This document shows positions 54,266 through 62,691 of a stretch of 64,000 nucleotides of DNA, one piece after another. The notes under the pieces were generated by a model that worked only from the letters and a program-made list of their open reading frames with translations, was not told where the DNA came from and ran no database searches. The stretch lies in sequence record OR805292.1; one strand, written 5' to 3'. The position numbers and the translations under genes are program-made. Within the stretch, counting starts at the first letter, position 1; each line of letters starts with the position of its first letter.

Positions 54266-55158
54266 TAGTTTCGGGGACCTTTAAGTTTTGCTAGTACATG
54301 TTGTTCTGACCCAGCCAAATGAGGGAAGATCTTTATAAGTTTGTTCCAGTACGAATACGGCAAAAAATCGAGATTTATATGATCTAAATATTTTATAGAA
54401 TTACTATGCAACACATTCCTCGAAAATATAGTCAATATATGTCGTCCTGCTATATAAGACCAATCTATATTTTTAAGAAATTTAATACAACTATCAGTAG
54501 ACATTGTCTGACCATTTGCTTTATGCATATAGAATAGCGAAGACATCCTTTCAAAAAGAAACCAGTGATATTGTTTATTTTTAGAAATAGTATCAAACCC
54601 TACAAATTTTACATATTCTTCAAAAACAGAATATCTTTTACTACAAAAAAAATTAAATACTCTTTTATTCAACAAAACGTTATGTCGTTTTAATTCTTTT
54701 AAAATAAGTCTTACTATGTTTAAATCAGGTAAAGATTGTATGGTACACAATTGCGTTATTATATCTTTAGATAATGCTTTTCTCGGTTTTAAATTCTTTA
54801 AAACAACATAAAATAATTTATGACATGTTATAGGAACTTTCATAGGAAACATTGAATTTGAAAATTTTCCAATACATTGCCTGACAAGATATAAATCTTC
54901 TTTACTTATAGATCTGTTATATTCACTAATAGAAGATGAATAATTACTTGATATAAAGTTTATTAATTTTGGACTTTTAATTTCCATAAGAACATTCAAT
55001 ACAGTAGCATTGAACGGTATATATTCAACATCAATAGAATTACAGACTGCAATTAGTGCATCTTTAGCTGAATTATTAGCAATTGTTATTTCTTTATTTT
55101 TTCTAAATTTAATAAAATATTCTAATTCGCTTAAAGCTTTAATATAGCTAATATCCAT
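54265..55158 (-). CDS. Helical hypothetical protein (paralog trio, member 1)
   Basis: 297 aa; ends WNKLIKIFPHL...LAKLKG. Confidence 0.72.
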   Translation of the reverse strand: MDISYIKALSELEYFIKFRKNKEITIANNSAKDALIAVCNSIDVEYIPFNATVLNVLMEIKSPKLINFISSNYSSSISEYNRSISKEDLYLVRQCIGKFSNSMFPMKVPITCHKLFYVVLKNLKPRKALSKDIITQLCTIQSLPDLNIVRLILKELKRHNVLLNKRVFNFFCSKRYSVFEEYVKFVGFDTISKNKQYHWFLFERMSSLFYMHKANGQTMSTDSCIKFLKNIDWSYIAGRHILTIFSRNVLHSNSIKYLDHINLDFLPYSYWNKLIKIFPHLAGSEQHVLAKLKGPRN

Positions 55159-55184
55159 ACGTATACCGTAAAAATTTTTACCAT

Positions 55185-55213
55185 ACTATAAAATATGTAT
55201 ATTCAATAGTCAA
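55185..55213 (-). promoter_or_regulatory. sigma70-type promoter, leftward
   Basis: TTGACT-17 nt-TATAGT. Confidence 0.75.
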
Positions 55214-55247
55214 CTGTGTTTGGTAACAAAATGTGGTAATTAGGCAC

Positions 55248-55276
55248 TTGACAGTGGCATTGTCTTTTAGTAAACT
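55248..55276 (+). promoter_or_regulatory. sigma70-type promoter, rightward, reading into the ORF-free region
   Basis: TTGACA-17 nt-TAAACT. Confidence 0.75.
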
Positions 55277-55282
55277 GTGCGC

Positions 55283-55895
55283 TTGCGTAAGAAATGTATA
55301 TACGATAGTGCTATATGTATATACAGACAAGTGGCTCTGTTCCGTTATTGGATATTGGTAGTAGAAACTATCCCCATCGTGCTGTTATTGTAGTTCCGAT
55401 AGTGTCGGGTTAACGTTTTAACAGTTATTTAAATTATGATTTTGGGTGCCACAGAGATTGTACTTACTAAAAGGACTTAGTAAGAACCGCATATAATCTC
55501 GAAACTTGTGTAGGATGTTGGTCTAACCACGGCATAGAATATATGCCTCAACTACTACACGGAAAGGATGATGCTCTGGTTGAAACAGAGTTTCTATAAA
55601 TCTTTCAGTATAGATTCCGCATGACTGAAAGTTGAAACACCAACATCAATAGACTATAGTTTTTGTTAGTGTGGCTATGGTTTATTCCGGCATTGAAAGT
55701 ATATGCAGTGATGCGAGACAGTAAGCATTAGTAGCAACTGTATATATGAGTAAGAGGATGCGTTTACAATGAGGAATTACCTATCGGTGCCCGCCTCAGG
55801 GATTGCACTTCCCAACGTACACTAAACTTCGTACCATACCGAAACATACGTTTCTGTTATTACGATTTCCTTCCCGAACGGGGAGGAAATCTTCT
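55283..55895 (+). ncRNA. Candidate large structured non-coding RNA (~610 nt), family unknown
   Basis: No ORF of 60 aa or more; more GC-rich than the adjacent right-hand tract; about ten stems of 5-12 bp and a possible pseudoknot; own promoter; 12-bp terminal hairpin. Confidence 0.6.
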
Positions 55896-55953
55896 CCGCC
55901 CGAATGTCATAAGATCAAAAGCATTAATAATTAATACATAAAATTCGTTTAAT

Positions 55954-56290
55954 TAGTTATTAAGTATATGAGTTGTAGTTTACGAAAACGAATATACTTA
56001 ATAACTACCAGTGAAGCTTGCTTCGCTGTTTAAAATTGCAATTTGTATTTTCAATTTTATATTTTGAAATGTGTTTTTGAAAATCAATCTATAAAATATA
56101 ATTTTAAATATTATTTTTAAATGTCATTTTGTGATTTTAATTTAAAATACTATTTCATGATTTAAAATGGAAATATATTAAACAATATCATTTTGTGATT
56201 TTAATTTAAACAATTTCATATAAAACTATTTTGTCTATTTCTTATATAATCTTAAAGTCATTAAAAACCCTACAAATGTAGGGTTTTTAT
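55954..56290. other. Candidate replication origin / AT-rich repeat tract
   Basis: 16-bp inverted repeat (55954-55969/55992-56007), 23-bp direct repeat (56124-56146, 56188-56210), ~12% GC in a sampled 60-mer, located at the divergent strand switch. Confidence 0.4.
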
Positions 56291-56776
56291 TTGATTATAT
56301 GGTATTCGGTTCTAGATATTCAGATTATAATTAATAACATCTGTATGATAACTATATTTTATAGAAATACATTTACTAATTACATTTGTCAATAAATGGT
56401 TATTTTTCTTTATATCTAATACGTCTTAGGAGTATATAGCAAATATAATAAATCGAGACACATAATATTTGTGTCTATATTTTTTAGTTTCATTACTCTA
56501 CATAATTGATTATTAATGTATACAGTTGTATACGCTATATTGTAATAACAAACTAAATTATATAGAGAATACATATTAAATTCTGTTTTGTGTCGAATCG
56601 ACATTACATATATCATTATGTATTGATATTTGCTGTATATAAAAATAGTTAATTATTATGTGCTTTAGAAGAACTCCATTATAATTAGTTTTCTGTGTCA
56701 TATTCAAATGATGAAAAACATAATTCTTTCATCTGTTTTATTATATGTTATTCAAGATTTATAATATAATTTTATA

Positions 56777-56974
56777 ATGTTTGCAATTTATGACACAAGC
56801 TATTTTAATAGAATTATACTATTCAAAGTTTTGACTTATTTTATGTGTAAAACGACAAAAATAGGCATATATATAAAAAGCACACCTGTTTCCTGTATGA
56901 AACAAAATAGTATTTTATTAAAAATAGTGTATAGTAGTAAAAACATCATTAATCATGCACGTACTTTATGGTAA
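56777..56974 (+). CDS. Possible hypothetical protein
   Basis: 65 aa, overlaps the next start, no clear SD. Confidence 0.3.
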   Translation: MFAIYDTSYFNRIILFKVLTYFMCKTTKIGIYIKSTPVSCMKQNSILLKIVYSSKNIINHARTLW

Positions 56975-57189
56975 ACGTAATTAAAGAACTTCCGCCCATT
57001 AAAGGATATTGCATAGTTGTGCGTCATCCGGGCGATACTAGATTTAGCTGGGTATCGCTAGACGATCAATATATGTTGGTAGACAATCCGGTAGTTTTAA
57101 ATGATGAATTTGACAATTGTAAAAACGAATGGCCGGATGCTGAAATAAAAATAGTAGAAGTATATATTGTCCCGGAGAAGGTGTTATGA
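56968..57189 (+). CDS. Small hypothetical protein (paralog A)
   Basis: 73 aa, homologous to the next ORF. Confidence 0.75.
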   Translation: MVNVIKELPPIKGYCIVVRHPGDTRFSWVSLDDQYMLVDNPVVLNDEFDNCKNEWPDAEIKIVEVYIVPEKVL

Positions 57190-57404
57190 ATGCTATATCC
57201 AAAATATCTCCGTCTAAATGTTACACTGTCGTAGTTACAGATAATAATTGGAAATCATGCACGTGGATAAATTATAATGATTCTCCGGTTGTAGAATATG
57301 ATATTTCTAAAATATCATCTATATTAGAATCTTGTAAGAAAAAGTTTGGCGATAGTAATGTAAGGGTAATGGAAATACATTTAGTACCGGAAAACTTTTT
57401 ATGA
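57186..57404 (+). CDS. Small hypothetical protein (paralog B)
   Basis: 72 aa, ATGA overlap, homologous to the previous ORF. Confidence 0.75.
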   Translation: MNAISKISPSKCYTVVVTDNNWKSCTWINYNDSPVVEYDISKISSILESCKKKFGDSNVRVMEIHLVPENFL

Positions 57405-57610
57405 AAATTCGTTATATATTACTATTAATATTATCAGACTTACAAACACTAGTAAAGGTACAGGCATTTTTATTTGCATTGCTTCCCTGTGTTATTTTGT
57501 TTCTTCCTGCATCGTTCTTTATTACATTAGTTATAACAATTGCCATAGTATGGATAATAAGTTTACTATCTTATTTGCTTATTAATAAACTGATACAAAC
57601 GAGGAGCTAA
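57401..57610 (+). CDS. Small membrane protein
   Basis: 69 aa, two TM-like segments. Confidence 0.6.
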   Translation: MKIRYILLLILSDLQTLVKVQAFLFALLPCVILFLPASFFITLVITIAIVWIISLLSYLLINKLIQTRS

Positions 57611-57612
57611 AA

Positions 57613-57810
57613 ATGGCAGGTCTAAGAAAATGCATTGATGAATTCTGCAAAGGATGCATTTATGATCCTGAGTCTTCCGGTAGTTGGCGCCAACAAGTAG
57701 AAAATTGTAGTGCTAAATCATGCGAACTATGGGAAGTTCGTCCTGTTTCGGTAGGAACTAAACAAGAAAGAATTATTGCAAAACAAAAGAGTTCACAAGA
57801 ACTTGCGTAA
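57613..57810 (+). CDS. Small Cys-rich (Zn-binding) protein
   Basis: CKGCIYDP...WRQQVENC...CELWEVRP; GAGG SD. Confidence 0.75.
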   Translation: MAGLRKCIDEFCKGCIYDPESSGSWRQQVENCSAKSCELWEVRPVSVGTKQERIIAKQKSSQELA

Positions 57811-57846
57811 GACAGCTAACCAACCTAACTCTAGGTTAACCCTAGG

Positions 57847-57875
57847 TTGACTCATTTGTTGGATAGCACTATACT
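57847..57875 (+). promoter_or_regulatory. sigma70-type promoter
   Basis: TTGACT-17 nt-TATACT. Confidence 0.75.
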
Positions 57876-57912
57876 TGTAGCATGTTTAAAAACATAGCTA
57901 GGAGTAGCATTT

Positions 57913-59070
57913 ATGAGTCAGATGTACGTAACTATCACTAATGGAATGTACCGTAACCAGCAAGTAAACGGCACATTCCTTTTACTTGAAGATGTGAAAG
58001 TTACTGGGTCGGGAAAACGAGTTATTAACGTATTAGGTGCATTGCCGGAATGGTCTCAACATAAATGTAGAGTTACACTCGGCAATGACGCAACAGTACA
58101 ATATTCGAACGAACAAGGAGAGGTTTTAGATTTGCCTAATGTTATACGTCCGTTTGTGGGCGAAAATAATAATAATAATGTTCCTGCATCTAGTCGCGGT
58201 ACAGTGTATGAAGGCACCGCAGTAGAAATTGACTACGAAAAGCAATACCAACAACTAGAATCCGAAAACGATGCAATGAATCGTATCAAACGGACCTTTG
58301 AGATTGTAAATGAACTAACAGAGGCTGCTGCGGCAGGCGAAATCCGTTCTATGATCATCTCCGGTCCTCCCGGAATCGGAAAAAGCTTCGGCGTAGAAGA
58401 AACACTAAACAGGTGTTTCTTGTTGGATAAAATTAAAGATAATAAAGAACCGTTTGAGATCGTAAAGGGCGCTGCAAGTGCAATTGGTGTTTACCAAAAG
58501 CTTTACGAATTTAAAGATAAAGGTAAAATCCTTATTTTCGATGATTGCGACCGCGTACTATTTGACGAAGATAGTCTAAATCTCCTTAAAGGTGCATTAG
58601 ATACTACTAAGCGTAGAACTATTTACTGGCTTAGTGAGTCCCGCGTTTTAAAAGAAAATGATATTCCACCTAAATTCGATTTCGAAGGTAGTGTAATTTT
58701 CCTTACTAACCTTAACTTCGAGGATACAAAGTCCCGAATCGGAAGGCACCTAGAAGCAATTATGTCCCGGTGTCATTATTTAGACATGGAAATTAGTAGT
58801 ACGAGAGACCAGATCCTTCGCATTAAACAAGTTGTGCGCGACGGGATGCTTAGTAAATATGAATTTAATAACGGAGAAGATGAGGAAATCCTAGAATATA
58901 TTATCGATAATCAGAATGATCTGCGAGAACTTAGCTTGCGTATGGTAATTAAAATTGCCGATCTGATTAAATTCAAAAAAGATGGTTGGCGAGAATATGC
59001 AGAGACAACTGTACTAAAACGGAATGCAAAATTCCGGCGGCTGTATAACGAAAAGTACAGTGATATTTAA
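57913..59070 (+). CDS. AAA+ ATPase with N-terminal beta domain
   Basis: Walker A SGPPGIGKS, Walker B LIFDDCD, VIFLTN, AIMSRC and ELSLR; GGAG SD. Confidence 0.85.
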   Translation: MSQMYVTITNGMYRNQQVNGTFLLLEDVKVTGSGKRVINVLGALPEWSQHKCRVTLGNDATVQYSNEQGEVLDLPNVIRPFVGENNNNNVPASSRGTVYEGTAVEIDYEKQYQQLESENDAMNRIKRTFEIVNELTEAAAAGEIRSMIISGPPGIGKSFGVEETLNRCFLLDKIKDNKEPFEIVKGAASAIGVYQKLYEFKDKGKILIFDDCDRVLFDEDSLNLLKGALDTTKRRTIYWLSESRVLKENDIPPKFDFEGSVIFLTNLNFEDTKSRIGRHLEAIMSRCHYLDMEISSTRDQILRIKQVVRDGMLSKYEFNNGEDEEILEYIIDNQNDLRELSLRMVIKIADLIKFKKDGWREYAETTVLKRNAKFRRLYNEKYSDI

Positions 59071-59078
59071 TACACAAT

Positions 59079-59100
59079 AAAGTAGCAAGGATGCTACTTT
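59079..59100 (+). terminator. Terminator-like hairpin
   Basis: aaagtagca-agga-tgctacttt. Confidence 0.65.
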
Positions 59101-59113
59101 CCGGAGATACGGT

Positions 59114-59671
59114 ATGAATCATTGTGTTAGGTTTGCTTTTTTAGATAGAAATATAAAAAGTTCTATAACAACGTTTATAGTTATACCTTTAATTCTTACT
59201 TCGGTAATATATTTCCTTTTTTCAGAACAAAATGTGTGGCCGGCGTGTTTTTATTTTGTCACTATGCTTACAATGTTGTTTATTGCAGAACTAGCAGCGT
59301 GTTCATCTGGAAATTTTTTTAATTGTGCTTTAAGTATAATCTCTATTTTTAGAAATATTGGTCACTTTGACACAACTTGGAAAATAACAAATGATGGTTT
59401 TATTTATTCTTTAAAAGATAACGAAACTATACACATCTTTGTAAATAAAAACGGCGTATATTTGCATAATAATGGAAAATTTATTTATGTAGATAATGTT
59501 AAAAATACTAAAATAGATTTATCTAAACTGTCTCACCCGGTATTTATATTAATAACATTTTACCTAAAACATAAACTCAAAGAAGATATGATACTGGCAG
59601 ATTTATACGGATCAGTAAGTTCTAGTGTATTCATGAATGATGAAGATTTTCAAAAATTATACAGACGCTAA
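59114..59671 (+). CDS. Membrane protein
   Basis: 185 aa, N-terminal hydrophobic helices, GGAG SD. Confidence 0.7.
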   Translation: MNHCVRFAFLDRNIKSSITTFIVIPLILTSVIYFLFSEQNVWPACFYFVTMLTMLFIAELAACSSGNFFNCALSIISIFRNIGHFDTTWKITNDGFIYSLKDNETIHIFVNKNGVYLHNNGKFIYVDNVKNTKIDLSKLSHPVFILITFYLKHKLKEDMILADLYGSVSSSVFMNDEDFQKLYRR

Positions 59672-60047
59672 AAAATATCTAAATACGTTTGTTTCTTGTA
59701 AACCAGAACAAACAGATATGCATAGTGTATTAAATGGATATCAAAATTATTGTATATTCTCGTGTTTAATAGATTCTGCACAAAATTTAATAACAACTAA
59801 ATTTTCTGATACTAATACTAATTCATACGAATGGATTATTTCGTACAAAGAAAATAATAAAAATATAACATATTCTGTTGAAAACAAACCAGACATCCTA
59901 AAGAATAACGGGTTGTCTGTTGCCTTTATTGTATGTAGGGCAAAAATAGTGTATACTAATAAATTAACAGAATTTGGTAAAACTAAATTAAAAGAAAAAA
60001 GAAATATTCTGTTAATAGACAGAGATAAAGAAAAACTAAAAATATAA
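59637..60047 (+). CDS. Hypothetical protein
   Basis: 136 aa, co-oriented, overlapping. Confidence 0.65.
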   Translation: MMKIFKNYTDAKKYLNTFVSCKPEQTDMHSVLNGYQNYCIFSCLIDSAQNLITTKFSDTNTNSYEWIISYKENNKNITYSVENKPDILKNNGLSVAFIVCRAKIVYTNKLTEFGKTKLKEKRNILLIDRDKEKLKI

Positions 60048-60049
60048 CC

Positions 60050-60916
60050 ATGAATAGTATAATTATAAAAACAAAAAAAGATCTTTTATACGAAACAACA
60101 CTGTCGAATTTAGGATTTATAACAACTACTATACAAGTAGGTGATATAGTAGAGTTCGATAAAATAGAAGAAGAACTTAATTCTAAGGATTTCTTTACTG
60201 CTTTTGTACGTACATCTACTCATTTTCAATACGAAATAGCAAAACTTTGTGCTTCGAGATGTAAAATTGTTTTCATAGACATAAATGGTTTTAGATCGGC
60301 ACAAGAATGGGAAGATATTAAAAAGGAATTTCCGTATACTAGATTTATTTTATTAAAAAATAATATGTGGAATTCTAATATTTCTGATTTTAAAAAAATA
60401 ATGCCAGACACAAAGGCAATTAATATAAAATGTCTTAATAAAAACAAATTAAATTCTTTAGATTACTGGAACACAATTAAGGGTTTTTCGTTCGGCGGAA
60501 CAAGCAGAGATATATTGCCTCATTTACTAAGTATATTTGTTTCATTAAATGATGATTTTGCAGAATCTGTAGCAACAAAGACAACATTAAAGCGTAATTT
60601 GTCATTATCAGATATAAAAAGATATATACCGGGTCCTGGTTTAATTTATGATGTAGACGATTATTTTAATGTGTCGTATCAATCTAAAATAATATGTAAT
60701 TTAGAAGCTGACTGGAAAAGTAATAAAACTGATGTAAAAAATATAGAATTCATTTTAAATGACGATACTAGTAGTTTATTCGATATAGATTATAATGAAG
60801 AATCATCATACTCTCGGATGATATCTAACTGTGTACAAAATTTAAGTAACGAAGGATTTTGGAGTTATCATTATTTAATAGATGAATGGATACTTAAACA
60901 AATAGAGAATTTATAA
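60050..60916 (+). CDS. Degenerate Gfo/Idh/MocA-like oxidoreductase
   Basis: Overall pattern (TSTHFQY..., KIVFID, KNNMW, DILPHLLS, DVDD) fits the family, but GxGxxG and EKP are absent. Confidence 0.45.
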   Translation: MNSIIIKTKKDLLYETTLSNLGFITTTIQVGDIVEFDKIEEELNSKDFFTAFVRTSTHFQYEIAKLCASRCKIVFIDINGFRSAQEWEDIKKEFPYTRFILLKNNMWNSNISDFKKIMPDTKAINIKCLNKNKLNSLDYWNTIKGFSFGGTSRDILPHLLSIFVSLNDDFAESVATKTTLKRNLSLSDIKRYIPGPGLIYDVDDYFNVSYQSKIICNLEADWKSNKTDVKNIEFILNDDTSSLFDIDYNEESSYSRMISNCVQNLSNEGFWSYHYLIDEWILKQIENL

Positions 60917-61818
60917 TGAAGGTCCGTTATTTTCATCCCATAAACAATGTATTCGAAGAAACAGTATGGGATAAGCCCGACATAAAAAATACAGAAATTG
61001 AAGTTAAAACAAAATATGTAGGTGTTTCCAATAATGATTTAAATGTAATTTATAACCAAACACCTTATGCTAGTAACAAATATGGTTGTGAAAGTGTAGG
61101 TATAGTAACAAAAGTTGGATCTAAAATTACCGATGTAAAAGTGGGAGATTTTGTAGCCACAACTACGAATCATTTATATTCAGATTTTTATAATTGTAAA
61201 ACAGAAGAATATGTAAAAATTCCTAAATGTTCTCCTAGATATATTTTAGAACCAATTGCTCGATCATTAAATTTAATAACACAAAATTGGAACAAATTCG
61301 TAGAGTTAAATAGAAACGAAGGTAAAATACTTATTTTAGGATCTGGTTTTGTTGCATCTGTACTGTTTACTGTCTTAACAAAAGAACACGATGTTGATCC
61401 TGATAGAATATATGTTGTTGGATCTCATAATAAATCTATCTTTAATAAATCGTTGTATAATACTCTACCGATTCACTTGTATGACATAGTGTTTGATTTG
61501 CAGGGCATAAATACCCCCTTAACAAATAATATATTGAATACGAATTCCTTATTAGTAATAGGCGCCGCAGGTAAACCAACTTTAATAGATTTAAATCTAT
61601 TAGCACATAAATCTGTTACAATAAATTTCCCTAGTCCCTATAATAACAAATTTTACGAATCATTAAATGATGCATGTAGGATAGTAGAAACTAAAATCTT
61701 TGATCCTAATAAATTTTGGACTAAGGGATATAAAAGAGACACTGAATGGAAAAGTGCATTCAGTACAGGGATTAATCGCCCGAAACATTATAATTATGGT
61801 TATATTATTTGGAACTAA
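60916..61818 (+). CDS. Degenerate Zn-dependent alcohol-dehydrogenase (MDR)-like protein
   Basis: EIEVKTKYVGV..ND, GCESVGIVTKVGSKITDVKVGDFV, LEPIA and ILILGSGF; the catalytic Zn ligands (Cys, His of GHE) are substituted. Confidence 0.6.
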   Translation: MKVRYFHPINNVFEETVWDKPDIKNTEIEVKTKYVGVSNNDLNVIYNQTPYASNKYGCESVGIVTKVGSKITDVKVGDFVATTTNHLYSDFYNCKTEEYVKIPKCSPRYILEPIARSLNLITQNWNKFVELNRNEGKILILGSGFVASVLFTVLTKEHDVDPDRIYVVGSHNKSIFNKSLYNTLPIHLYDIVFDLQGINTPLTNNILNTNSLLVIGAAGKPTLIDLNLLAHKSVTINFPSPYNNKFYESLNDACRIVETKIFDPNKFWTKGYKRDTEWKSAFSTGINRPKHYNYGYIIWN

Positions 61819-61820
61819 CA

Positions 61821-62327
61821 ATGGATAGAAAAGAAGTAATTTATTTTATAGGAACAGAAGTCGAACATACTCCAGTATACGGTGAAAAAACACTTTTTGT
61901 TGCTGGTCCCCAAGATGGTGACGAAGTAGTAAGTAATGCACTGAAACATAACTGTAAACATATATATTTCGGTGCTAACCAAAGTTTCCCTCTACACAAA
62001 ATAGATATAACAGAAGTAATTAAATGGAAACAAATGATACTGCATTGCTTAAATAAAGGATTTTGGTGTACTTTAGATTTTGATATATGCAATTCTTCTG
62101 TAATTTTAGAAATGGATTTATCTAAGTATGATAAATTTATTCCTATTATAAGTGCAAAAATACCAAATATATCCGAATACAATAAAAACACTATAATAAA
62201 GATAGATGATATAGGTTTTGATGAAACTAACGAAGGAGTATGGTGTCATAAGTTAAACGATTTAAAAGATAATACCGTACATACTAGCTGGGACAAATAT
62301 ACAGGAGATATTTCAATTGACGAATAA
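61821..62327 (+). CDS. Conserved phage hypothetical protein
   Basis: FIGTEVEHTP...KTLFVAG...HIYFGANQSF...GVWCH; ATG 61821 (track start 61809). Confidence 0.78.
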   Translation: MDRKEVIYFIGTEVEHTPVYGEKTLFVAGPQDGDEVVSNALKHNCKHIYFGANQSFPLHKIDITEVIKWKQMILHCLNKGFWCTLDFDICNSSVILEMDLSKYDKFIPIISAKIPNISEYNKNTIIKIDDIGFDETNEGVWCHKLNDLKDNTVHTSWDKYTGDISIDE

Positions 62328-62622
62328 AATTAATTATAGCAAAGTATATGAACCAAAAGGCGCACTATATAGAATTCGTCGCATTTCTGACGGTGCATTT
62401 AGCACAGGGTCTTCTAGTCCGGTGTTTGTAACTTCTGGTCCAGGAAAAGTATTCAATACTTTAGGTAAACTTAGATCTCATCTTACTACTATTCGTAATA
62501 ACCCGGTTTTACAAGACATATACAACGAATGTGAAATTGTTCAATATGTAGAAGCTGACCAGCCAACATACACTCTAGCTGAACACACAGAATTACTTAT
62601 ACTTAAAAAGTTAACACAATAA
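62317..62622 (+). CDS. Hypothetical protein
   Basis: 101 aa; YRIRR...FSTG...GKVF...LRSHL. Confidence 0.65.
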   Translation: MTNKINYSKVYEPKGALYRIRRISDGAFSTGSSSPVFVTSGPGKVFNTLGKLRSHLTTIRNNPVLQDIYNECEIVQYVEADQPTYTLAEHTELLILKKLTQ

Positions 62623-62651
62623 CGCGCTTTACTGCGCGTTAATTTGCGCGT
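62621..62651. repeat. GCGC-rich element related to 48632-48658
   Basis: aacgcgct-ttact-gcgcgtt-aatttgcgcgt. Confidence 0.5.
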
Positions 62652-62691
62652 ATGCTGCAAAAACATGTAACACTAGAGCTTATATACGCTT

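Noticed and set aside
55645-55660. agactata resembling the group I intron R element
   Set aside because: No matching S element (AAGAUAUAGUC) and no interrupted flanking gene.
55579-55699. CRISPR-like repeat ends (gttgaaac twice, attgaaag)
   Set aside because: Only 8-nt matches with irregular spacing (52 and 61 nt) and no 25-40-nt repeat; better explained as GAAA-containing loops of the structured RNA.
56416-56616. 66-aa minus-strand ORF in the AT-rich gap
   Set aside because: No SD, low complexity, and opposite to local gene orientation.
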